Source: a bacterium (GTDB lineage Bacteria; Sysuimicrobiota; Sysuimicrobiia; Sysuimicrobiales; Kaftiobacteriaceae). Taken from it: a DNA stretch of 64,000 bases. The notes beneath the pieces are model-generated. The model did not search any database and had not been told where the DNA came from. It saw nothing but the letters and a program-made list of their open reading frames with translations. A program made the translations under genes and the position numbers. Shown here one piece after another: positions 55,813-64,000 of the stretch (position 1 is its first letter; the number at the start of each line of letters is the position of its first letter). Location of the stretch: assembly GCA_044868695.1 (NCBI GenBank), contig JBIOWP010000053.1, positions 1 to 64,000 of the forward strand. Direction: 5' to 3'.

Positions 55813-57603
55813 ATGGGAGTGAAGACCGACATGAACATGGTCGCACGCAAGTTGACGGTCGTCTGCGCCCTCGCGCTGATTGGGCTGCTCGGCGCGGCGG
55901 CCATCCCCCCGCAGGCCCGAGCACAACTGGGACTGCCGCTGCTGGGCAGCCTGGTCGTGACGATCACCTCCCCCGCGTCCGGGTCGACGGTGAGCGGGAC
56001 GAGGACGGTCAGTGCAGGCGTCACCATCATCGGCAGCCTCCTGGTCTCCGGGGTCCAGTTCAAATTGGACGGCACCAACCTCGGGGCCGAGGATACCAGC
56101 AGCCAATACTCCATCTCATGGAACACGACCGCTGTGAGCAACGGGTGGCATACGCTGACGGCGGTTGCGCGAGACGCCCTCGGCATACGGTGGACCTCCG
56201 ATCCGGTGGCGGTTCGAGTGCTCAACGACACGATGCCCCCCATGGTGACGATCTCGTTTCCAGCTTCCGGAGCGGCGGTCGCCGATACGATCACGGTAAC
56301 GGCCGCAGTGTCGGACAACGTGGGCGTCATCGGCGTACAGTTCAAGGTCGACGGGGCGAACCTTGGCCCTGAGGATACTACGGCGCCGGAAGAGGCAATC
56401 TGGGACACGACGCAGTTCAGCAACGGTCCGCATACGCTGACGGCAGTGGCGCGGGACTCGGCAGGCAACCGGGCGACGTCTGCGGGCGTTATGGTGACGG
56501 TCGCGAATGCGCCGCCTCCGCCTGCGGACACGACGTCCCCGACGGTGGCGATCACATCGCCAAGCAGCGGAGAGTCGGTGTCGGAGACGGTGGCCGTCAT
56601 GGCCGATGCGTTCGACGACGTCGGCGTCGTGGGTGTGGAGTTCTTTGACGGCTCGACGCTGATCGGCGACGACACCACGGCGCCACACACGGTCTCCTGG
56701 GATACGACCGCCGTGAGCAACGGCTCCCATAGCCTGACCGCGGTAGCGCGAGACGCCGCGGGCAACCGGACCACGTCCGAGGCGGTGACGGTGACGGTGT
56801 CCAACGCGGCGCCCCCGCCGGTGACGGTCACGCGCTTCGAAGAAGAGCGGACGGATGTCATTACGTACACCAGCGGCTGGGTCCTGGATACCAGCCGGAC
56901 CTGGAGCGGCGGGGCCGCGGGAACTGCGATGACCGCGGGCGCGACGGCGGTGTTCACCTTCACCGGCCCGTCGGTCAACTGGATCGGCTTCCGCGGGCCG
57001 GTGGCCGGTATCGCTAGCGTCTCTCTGGATGGCGCCCCCGCGATCGAGATCGATCTGTTTTCACCTACGGAGGAGATCAGGGCGGTCGTCTTCTCCGCGA
57101 GGGACCTTGCCAACACGGTCCATACGCTGGCGATCGAAGTGACCGGGACGGGCAACGCGGCTGCCACGGGTGTCGCTGTCGTGATCGATGCATTCGACGT
57201 CCCCGGGCCGACGGTGGCACGAATTCAACAGACGGATCCGTCCGTGACGTACGCCGGGATCTGGCAGCTGGAGAATGCCGACAGACCGACGACGTATAGC
57301 GGAGGAACCGCAGCGGAATCGATCGCCGGTGGGGCTACCGCCACGTTTACCTTCACCGGGCCATCCGTCACCTGGATCGGCGCCCGCGGGCCTGTTGCTG
57401 GAATCGCCCGCGTCTCTCTGGATGGTGTCTTCGTGGTCGAGGTCGATACGTATTCGCCCCTGGAAGAGCTTCAGGCGGCCATATTCTCGCGCGACGGTCT
57501 GTCCAACACCACCCACACGTTGACGGTTGAGGTGACCGGGCTAAAGAATCCGGCGGCCACGAATTTCTTCATCATCGTTGACGCATTTGAAGTCACCTTC
57601 TGA
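55813..57603 (+). CDS. secreted protein with 3 Ig-like (Big) domains and 2 C-terminal beta-sandwich repeats
   Basis: Signal peptide; 3x WDTT..SNG.H.LTAVARD; 2x ATA.FTFTGPSV.WIG.RGPVAGIA.VSLDG...HTL..EVTG...DAF.V. Confidence 0.85.
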   Translation: MGVKTDMNMVARKLTVVCALALIGLLGAAAIPPQARAQLGLPLLGSLVVTITSPASGSTVSGTRTVSAGVTIIGSLLVSGVQFKLDGTNLGAEDTSSQYSISWNTTAVSNGWHTLTAVARDALGIRWTSDPVAVRVLNDTMPPMVTISFPASGAAVADTITVTAAVSDNVGVIGVQFKVDGANLGPEDTTAPEEAIWDTTQFSNGPHTLTAVARDSAGNRATSAGVMVTVANAPPPPADTTSPTVAITSPSSGESVSETVAVMADAFDDVGVVGVEFFDGSTLIGDDTTAPHTVSWDTTAVSNGSHSLTAVARDAAGNRTTSEAVTVTVSNAAPPPVTVTRFEEERTDVITYTSGWVLDTSRTWSGGAAGTAMTAGATAVFTFTGPSVNWIGFRGPVAGIASVSLDGAPAIEIDLFSPTEEIRAVVFSARDLANTVHTLAIEVTGTGNAAATGVAVVIDAFDVPGPTVARIQQTDPSVTYAGIWQLENADRPTTYSGGTAAESIAGGATATFTFTGPSVTWIGARGPVAGIARVSLDGVFVVEVDTYSPLEELQAAIFSRDGLSNTTHTLTVEVTGLKNPAATNFFIIVDAFEVTF

Positions 57604-57612
57604 GGATCTGCC

Positions 57613-59562
57613 ATGTGCGGCATTGCCGGTAGTGTCCAGCTCAATCCACGTGACGCCGTTGACGACGCGCGCCTGGTGCGCATGCGGGACGCCCTGCGCC
57701 ACCGCGGCCCCGACGATGCGGGGGTGTGGATCGACGGGCCGGTCGGGCTCGCGAGCCGGCGGCTGTCCATCGTCGATGTCGCCGGCGGCCACCAGCCCAT
57801 GGCCAACGAGGACGGCTCCGTGTGGATTGTCTACAACGGGGAGTTGTACAACCACCTGGACCTCCGGCCCCGGCTGGAAGCGCGGGGGCATCGCTACCGA
57901 ACGCGGTCCGACACCGAGACCATTCTCCACCTCTACGAGGAAGAAGGCGAGCGCTGCGTCGAGTCGCTGCGAGGGATGTTCGCATTTGCGATCTGGGACC
58001 GCGCGCGCGGGCGGCTGCTCCTGGCGCGGGACCGGCTCGGGATCAAGCCTCTCTACTACGCGGTGACGGATGAGGAACTGCTCTTTGGGTCAGAGATCAA
58101 GGCGATCCTGGCGGCAGGCGTGCGGGCCGCGCTTCACGAGGGGATCCTCCCGGAGATGCTCGCCACGCGCTACGTCTCCGGGGAGGAGACGCTGTTCCGC
58201 GGCATCCGCAAGCTGCTGCCGGGCCGCACCCTCTCCTGGTCGCCTGGGGAACCGCTCGAACAACGGCGCTACTGGCGGCTGCCCGGCGCGATCGACGAGG
58301 CGCCGGTCCGCCTTGAGGACCGGGTCCCCGCACTGCGCGAGCGGCTGACCGGAGCCGTCCGAAGCCACCTAATGAGCGATGTTCCCCTCGGCGTGTTCCT
58401 GTCTGGCGGACTCGATTCGAGCGGGATCGCCGCGCTCATGGCAACCATGGTGGCCGATCCGATCCGCACGTTCGCTGTGGGGTTCGCCGACCCGAGCGCG
58501 AACGAGCTGGAGTACGCGCGGCTGGTCGCGCGCTCAATCGGCGCACAGCACCACGAGGTCGTCGTGTCTCCGGAGCAGTTTTTCGCGGCTCTCCCGCGCC
58601 TGATCTGGCACGAGGACGAACCCATCGCGTTCCCCTCCAGCGTGCCCCTGTACTTCGTCTCGCGCCTGGCGTCCGAGCAGGGCGTCAAGGTGGTCCTCAC
58701 GGGGGAAGGCGCCGACGAGCTCTTCCTGGGATACCCGCCATACACGGCGACGACGTGGAACGAGCAGCTGGGCCGGATCTACCGGGCGCTGACCCCTCGG
58801 GCGGTGCGGACCGCGATCCGCGGTGCGATCCCGTCCCTTCCCGTGCGTGTGCGCCGCTACGCGCGCCGGTCGTTCCTCGCGCTGGAGCCGACACCTCGGG
58901 AGATGGTCTGCGAGAACTTTGCGGTGTTTCCAACGGCAATGCAGCAGGGCTTGCTCACCGACGGGCTGCTCGACGGGCGTGATCCGTATGAGGACAAACT
59001 CCGGTACTTCACGGAGGCCCCTGGCGCCACGCTGGAGCGGATGAGCCACGCCGACCTCCAGACTTACCTTGTCGAGCTCCTGATGAAGCAGGACCAGATG
59101 AGCATGGCGGCGTCGGTTGAAAGCCGGGTGCCGTATCTGGACCACGAACTGGTCGAGTACGCGGCCGCGCTGCCGGCCCACGTCAAGCTCCGAGGATGGC
59201 ACACAAAGATCGTGCTTCGGGAGGCGCTGCGCGATCTGGTGCCGCACGAGATCCTCGCCCGTCGCAAGATGGGGTTCCCGGTGCCCGTAGGGCAGTGGCT
59301 CCGAGGGCCGTTCTGGCCCGTCGTGGAGGAGTTTGTGCTGAGCTCTCGCGCGATGTCCCGGGGCCTCTTCCAGCCTGCGGGCCTGCGGCGTCTCGCCGAG
59401 GAGCATCGCGGCGGGCGCTGGCAGCACGACGAGCGGCTGTGGCTCCTGGTGAACCTGGAGATCTGGCAGCGGACCTTCCTGGATGGCGAGGAACCGGCCC
59501 TGGGACCACAGCTGTTGTCGACCCCCGATCTCGATACCATAGCGATGGAGGCCGATCGATGA
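57613..59562 (+). CDS. asnB: asparagine synthase (glutamine-hydrolysing) family amidotransferase
   Basis: MCGIAG, HRGPD, NGELYN, RDRLGIKPLY, SGGLDS, GEGADE, ESRVPYLD. Confidence 0.93.
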   Translation: MCGIAGSVQLNPRDAVDDARLVRMRDALRHRGPDDAGVWIDGPVGLASRRLSIVDVAGGHQPMANEDGSVWIVYNGELYNHLDLRPRLEARGHRYRTRSDTETILHLYEEEGERCVESLRGMFAFAIWDRARGRLLLARDRLGIKPLYYAVTDEELLFGSEIKAILAAGVRAALHEGILPEMLATRYVSGEETLFRGIRKLLPGRTLSWSPGEPLEQRRYWRLPGAIDEAPVRLEDRVPALRERLTGAVRSHLMSDVPLGVFLSGGLDSSGIAALMATMVADPIRTFAVGFADPSANELEYARLVARSIGAQHHEVVVSPEQFFAALPRLIWHEDEPIAFPSSVPLYFVSRLASEQGVKVVLTGEGADELFLGYPPYTATTWNEQLGRIYRALTPRAVRTAIRGAIPSLPVRVRRYARRSFLALEPTPREMVCENFAVFPTAMQQGLLTDGLLDGRDPYEDKLRYFTEAPGATLERMSHADLQTYLVELLMKQDQMSMAASVESRVPYLDHELVEYAAALPAHVKLRGWHTKIVLREALRDLVPHEILARRKMGFPVPVGQWLRGPFWPVVEEFVLSSRAMSRGLFQPAGLRRLAEEHRGGRWQHDERLWLLVNLEIWQRTFLDGEEPALGPQLLSTPDLDTIAMEADR

Positions 59563-61133
59563 TGCAGTTCGCCGTATTCAGTTTGGCCGGCGCGCTCGTC
59601 GCCTTGATGGCGCCGGGGCTCCCGGCAGGCCGGACAGCTGCGGTCTTAGGGGCACCACCACCCGAGCGGATCGTCAGAGTGCTGGCGGGCGCGGATCTTC
59701 AAGCAGTCCTCGACGCGGCGCGGCCCGGCGACTTTATCGAGCTGCCCGCCGGAGCAACATTCCGCGGGAGCTTTGTTCTGCCGAACAAGCCTATCGTCAC
59801 ATCGGGCCGGCAGTGGATTGTCATCTACTCCTCCGCGCTCTGGCGGCTCCCGCCGCCCGGCACTCCGCTTGTGCCAGCGGTGCATGCGCAGCTCATGCCC
59901 AAGATCGTGAGCGACAACGGGGATCCGGCGATCCGTGTGGCGGCCGGAGCGCACCACTACATGCTCGCCGGCCTTGAGGTGACGACCACGAGCGCATCCC
60001 TCCTCGACCTGGTCTACCTGGATTTTCCAGGGCAGAGGGTCGAGCAGATCCCGACCGACATCACCCTGTATCGATGCTACATCCATGGCAATGCCACCGG
60101 GGATATCCGCCGCGGTGTGGCCCTCAACGGCGCCCGTCTGGCAGTGATTGGTTCGTATGTCTCGGACTTCCATCACCGGAGCGAGGATTCGCACGCGATC
60201 CAGGGGTGGAATGGCCCCGGCCCGTTCAGGATTATCGGCAATTACCTGGAGGCCGCGGGGGTGAACGTCATGTTCGGTGGGGAGGACCCGACGATCGACG
60301 GCCTCGTCCCCTCCAGCATCGAGGTCCGGGGCAATCACTTCTTCAAACCCCTCACATGGCGCGATGGGCCCTGGAGCGTCAAGAACCTCTTCGAGCTCAA
60401 GAACGCCCGCGGGGTGCTGGTCGAAGGCAACATCTTTGAGAACAACTGGGCTCAAACCCAGCACGGGTTCGCCCTCGTGCTCACGCCACGGAATCAAAGC
60501 AACACCGCGCCGTGGTCGGAAGTCTCTTCCGTCACCATCACGAACAACATCATCCGTCACGCGACGGCGGGCGTTAACATCTTGGGCTCGGACGACATCC
60601 ATATCAGCGAGAAGACCAGACGGATCCTCATACGGAACAACCTGTTCGAAGATATCGGCGCATTCCCCGGGGAGCTCCCTGATGTCGGAGTGCTGTTCCT
60701 CGTGTCCGACGGACCCGAGGAACTGGTCATTGACCACAACACCGCCGTTCACACCGCGAACCCGATCAGGGCCACCACCCTAAATCAGACCGTGAACCAA
60801 TGGCCGTCAACGGGGTTCATCTTTACGAACAACATCGTGTTCAACAACGGGGGGGTGAGTGGGAATGGAACCCCGCTGGAGACCCTCCGGACGTGGTTCT
60901 CCGGATTTGTCTTTGTCCGGAACGTGCTCATCGGCGGAGATGCGACGCAGTACCTTCCGGATGCCCCCGACAATTTCTTTCCGGCGTTGGTAGATGACGT
61001 AGGCTTCACCGATCTTTCCGGGAGCGACTACCAGCTTGCCCCGACCAGCCCGTTCCGCAGCATGGGCACCGACGGGGAGGATATCGGAGTTGATCTCGAC
61101 GCCCTCACGGCAGTGTTGCTCCGGTGGTGGTGA
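59559..61133 (+). CDS. secreted right-handed beta-helix protein
   Basis: LQAVLDAARPGD, repeated I.NN / GNIFENN coils, KNLFELKNA, DYQLAPTSP. Confidence 0.75.
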   Translation: MMQFAVFSLAGALVALMAPGLPAGRTAAVLGAPPPERIVRVLAGADLQAVLDAARPGDFIELPAGATFRGSFVLPNKPIVTSGRQWIVIYSSALWRLPPPGTPLVPAVHAQLMPKIVSDNGDPAIRVAAGAHHYMLAGLEVTTTSASLLDLVYLDFPGQRVEQIPTDITLYRCYIHGNATGDIRRGVALNGARLAVIGSYVSDFHHRSEDSHAIQGWNGPGPFRIIGNYLEAAGVNVMFGGEDPTIDGLVPSSIEVRGNHFFKPLTWRDGPWSVKNLFELKNARGVLVEGNIFENNWAQTQHGFALVLTPRNQSNTAPWSEVSSVTITNNIIRHATAGVNILGSDDIHISEKTRRILIRNNLFEDIGAFPGELPDVGVLFLVSDGPEELVIDHNTAVHTANPIRATTLNQTVNQWPSTGFIFTNNIVFNNGGVSGNGTPLETLRTWFSGFVFVRNVLIGGDATQYLPDAPDNFFPALVDDVGFTDLSGSDYQLAPTSPFRSMGTDGEDIGVDLDALTAVLLRWW

Positions 61134-61136
61134 CGG

Positions 61137-62348
61137 ATGCGGATCCTCTGGGTAAACGTCGGCGGGTTGTGGCCGCCGAACACCGGCGGACGCCTGCGGA
61201 GCTACCACATCCTCTCTGAGCTCTCGCGCCGTCACCGCGTGATTGTGGCGACGACCCACGGGGCGCAAGATGATCCGGAGGGGCTTGCGGCCGCGCTGCC
61301 ACAGTGTGACCGTGTGATCTCGGTTCCCCATGCCGCCTCCAAGCCGGGGGATGCGCGCTTCACGGCCGCCCTGCTCAGATCTTGGCTGTCCCCCCGTCCT
61401 GTGCACTTCTGGCGATGGCGCGTCCCCGCGCTGCGTCGCCGGGTGGAGGATATGCTGTCACGTGGGGCCGTGGATCTCTGCGTGGGCGACTTCCTCAACG
61501 CCATGCCGAACATTCCCACAGCGCGCCCCACGCCAATCGTGTTCTTTGCCCACAACGTCGAGCATGTTATCTGGAAGCGGATGGGTCGCATCGAACGCCG
61601 CCCCTGGTGGCGTGCCGCGCTAGCGATGGAGTGGCGGAAGATACGCCGCTGGGAAGGCCGGACCTGCGCCCAGGCCAGCCTGACCATTGCCGTCTCCGAG
61701 CTCGATCGGGACCTGCTGGCCGCGCTGGCCCCCGGGGCGCGCGTGGGCGCGGTTCCCACCGGCGTTGACCCCGAATACTTCGCTCCAAACGGGGTCCGAG
61801 AAGTCCCCACGCATCTCGTCTTTACGGGGTCGATGGATTGGTACCCGAACGAAGACGCGATGCTGCACTTCATCGAGGCGATTCTGCCCTCTATCCGCCG
61901 GGAGATGCCGGCTGTGTCCTTGACCGTGGCGGGCCGCAACCCGACGCCCCGGCTGCGGGCGGCAGCCGCCTCCGCGGCTGTTCGGGTCACGGGCACCGTG
62001 GACGACATCCGCCCCTTTGTGGGCGAGGCGGCCGTCTACGTGGTGCCGCTGCGGGTCGGCGGGGGAACGCGACTCAAGCTGTTCGAGGCGCTGGCGATGG
62101 GGAAGGCGGTCGTCTCGACCGCCGTCGGCGCCGAAGGGCTCCCGCTGACCTCCGGAGCGCACTTCATTCAGGCCGATGCGCCGGCCGACTTCGCCCGCGC
62201 AGTCCTGTCGTTACTCCGGGACCCTGGGCAGCGGAAGATGCTCGGTGCCGCCGGGCGCCGGCTGGTCGAGGAACGGTACTCGTGGCCGGTGGTGGCGAGG
62301 CAGTTCGAAGCACGATGTGCGGAGGTGGTGGCGGGCCATGCGCGTTAG
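61137..62348 (+). CDS. glycosyltransferase family 4
   Basis: FTGSMDWYPN, VVPLRVGGGTRLKLFEALAMGKAVVST. Confidence 0.92.
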   Translation: MRILWVNVGGLWPPNTGGRLRSYHILSELSRRHRVIVATTHGAQDDPEGLAAALPQCDRVISVPHAASKPGDARFTAALLRSWLSPRPVHFWRWRVPALRRRVEDMLSRGAVDLCVGDFLNAMPNIPTARPTPIVFFAHNVEHVIWKRMGRIERRPWWRAALAMEWRKIRRWEGRTCAQASLTIAVSELDRDLLAALAPGARVGAVPTGVDPEYFAPNGVREVPTHLVFTGSMDWYPNEDAMLHFIEAILPSIRREMPAVSLTVAGRNPTPRLRAAAASAAVRVTGTVDDIRPFVGEAAVYVVPLRVGGGTRLKLFEALAMGKAVVSTAVGAEGLPLTSGAHFIQADAPADFARAVLSLLRDPGQRKMLGAAGRRLVEERYSWPVVARQFEARCAEVVAGHAR

Positions 62349-63687
62349 CGTTTTCGGACTCGGCTACGTCGGCTGCGTGACCGCGGCCGGGCTGGCCCAG
62401 GCCGGGCACCAGGTGATCGGCGTCGACGTGAATGCGGAAAAGGTGGCGATGGTCAACGCCGGCACCTCCCCGATCGTAGAGCCGGGGCTGGGCGAGCTGC
62501 TGGCCCATGTCGTGAGAGAGGGGCAGCTGCGCGCGACGGTCGACGGCGCCCAGGCCGTGCGTGAGACCGACCTGGCGTTGATCTGTGTAGGAACGCCGAG
62601 CCGCGCGAACGGGAGCCCCGACGTGACGGCTCTCGAGCAGGTCAGCCGGGAGATCGGGCGCGCGCTCCGCACGCGCACCAGCGCGTACACCGTGGTGCTG
62701 CGCAGCACGGTCCTGCCGGGGACAACCGAGGGCGTGGTGCTCCCCGCCCTGGACCAGGGCGCAGGGCACCTGCTCGACGGCGCACTCCGGGTGGTCGTGA
62801 ATCCGGAGTTCATGCGCGAAGGCTCGTCGCTGCGCGACTTTGCTGAGCCGCCGTTCGTCCTGGTCGGGTGCGCGGACCCGGCGACTGCGTCGCAGCTACG
62901 AACCCTTTATGAGGGGATCGCTGCGCCGTTTGTGGAGACCTCAGTGCGGAACGCGGAAATGGTCAAGTATGTCTCCAACGCGTTCCACGCGCTGAAAGTG
63001 TGCTTCGCCAACGAGATTGGTGACGTCTGCGAGGCGGTAGGCGTGGACGCGCAGGAGGTGATGCGCGTCTTTCTGATGGATCGGAAGCTCAACGTCTCTG
63101 AGGCGTATCTGCGCCCCGGGTTCGCGTTCGGTGGGTCGTGTCTCCCCAAAGACCTGCGGGCCCTTCTGTCCGCGGCACGGACCGCGGATGTGACATCCCC
63201 GCTGCTCTCGGCGGTTCTCCCCTCCAACGAGGCGCAGATCCGCAGGGCGGTGGATGCTGTGCTGGCCGCACGCAAGCGGCGCATCGGCGTCGTGGGGCTG
63301 GCGTTCAAGCCAGGTACAGACGATCTGCGCGAGAGCCCGATGGTGGCGCTGGTGGAGACCCTGATCGGCAAGGGGCTGGACGTGCGCATCGTGGATTCCG
63401 CCGTTGCGGTGGCGCGGCTGGTCGGCGCGAACCGCCGCTACATTGAGGAGGAGATCCCGCATATCGCCTCCTTGATGTGCGAGAGCGTCGACGACGTAGT
63501 GACGCACGCGGAAGTGCTCGTGATCGGCAGCATTAGCGGCGAGTCGGCGCGCGCGCTGGCTTCGTCGCGAGGCGAGCAGACGGTGATCGACCTCACGAGG
63601 CGGGCCCTCCAGCGGTTGCCTCACCCCGTCGCGTCCTCGCACGCGTCAGGTGGAGGGCAGCCTGCGGGGGTCCGGAGAGATTCATGA
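62338..63687 (+). CDS. UDP-glucose/GDP-mannose 6-dehydrogenase (AlgD-like)
   Basis: MRVSVFGLGYVG, CVGTP, NPEFMREG, YLRPGFAFGGSCLPKD, DDLRESP. Confidence 0.92.
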   Translation: MRVSVFGLGYVGCVTAAGLAQAGHQVIGVDVNAEKVAMVNAGTSPIVEPGLGELLAHVVREGQLRATVDGAQAVRETDLALICVGTPSRANGSPDVTALEQVSREIGRALRTRTSAYTVVLRSTVLPGTTEGVVLPALDQGAGHLLDGALRVVVNPEFMREGSSLRDFAEPPFVLVGCADPATASQLRTLYEGIAAPFVETSVRNAEMVKYVSNAFHALKVCFANEIGDVCEAVGVDAQEVMRVFLMDRKLNVSEAYLRPGFAFGGSCLPKDLRALLSAARTADVTSPLLSAVLPSNEAQIRRAVDAVLAARKRRIGVVGLAFKPGTDDLRESPMVALVETLIGKGLDVRIVDSAVAVARLVGANRRYIEEEIPHIASLMCESVDDVVTHAEVLVIGSISGESARALASSRGEQTVIDLTRRALQRLPHPVASSHASGGGQPAGVRRDS

Positions 63688-64000
63688 CGCGCATCCTGGT
63701 CACAGGGGCTGGCGGGTTCATCGGGCATCACCTTGCCCGATTCCTCTTCGGTCGGGGCCACTGGGTCCGGGGCGTGGATCTCCATCGGCCGCAGTATGAG
63801 CCAAGCGATGCGCACGAGTTCGACGAGATGGACCTGAGACGTTGGGACAACTGCCTGCTGGCGACTCAGGACGTGGACGAAATCTACCATCTAGCGGCGG
63901 ACATGGGTGGGATCGGGTACATTACCGTCAACCACGCGGAGGTCGCGCGCAACAACGCGTTGGTCGACACGCACTTGCTCGAAGCCGCCCGTCTCAACGG
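63684..64000 (+). CDS. NAD-dependent epimerase, GDP-mannose 3,5-epimerase-like (runs off the window end)
   Basis: MTRILVTGAGGFIGHH...HLAADMGGIGYI. Confidence 0.85.
   Translation, partial: MTRILVTGAGGFIGHHLARFLFGRGHWVRGVDLHRPQYEPSDAHEFDEMDLRRWDNCLLATQDVDEIYHLAADMGGIGYITVNHAEVARNNALVDTHLLEAARLN

Noticed and set aside
50402..59562. PEP-CTERM/exosortase system
   Set aside because: The ligase and AsnB resemble exosortase-locus genes, but there is no exosortase or PEP-CTERM tail in this window; they could lie downstream.

Overview
High-GC bacterial window, probably from a diderm (Wza/Wzi-type envelope genes), with three parts. (1) 1-13.4 kb: the 3' half of a tRNA-Sec gene that looks like the attachment site of an element integrated just left of the window, a 15-bp tandem/palindromic repeat, a Cys-GAF sensor kinase/NarL pair followed by an SDR and a QueA-like gene, a Tat-dependent peptide-type ABC importer with a Gfo/Idh/MocA oxidoreductase and DUF885, and an RpoD/RpoS-like sigma factor. 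(2) 14-28.2 kb: wzi/wza-like export genes divergent from a stressosome operon (rsbR-rsbS-rsbT-phosphatase). It feeds a histidine kinase with an RsbU-N-like input domain, two near-duplicate NarL regulators, a pseudo-receiver ANTAR protein, and a block of secreted beta-propeller / choice-of-anchor-P-like proteins. (3) 28.2-64 kb (continues past the end): a >35 kb co-oriented exopolysaccharide cluster led by a NusG/RfaH paralogue. It contains a SigB-like sigma gene, two parallel adenylation-enzyme + carrier-protein + paralogous GNAT-fold transferase cassettes, a carbamoylation module and uronic-acid enzymes. The strongest non-annotated signal is a bipartite dyad promoter motif (box A, 8 bp spacer, box B TCAGG-N6-CCTGATT, then a -10 hexamer 22 nt downstream) found nine times, in front of nearly every transcription unit from 16.6 to 28.3 kb. 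It suggests one stressosome -> two-component -> matrix regulon. All protein calls come from motif recognition by eye; no database search was run.
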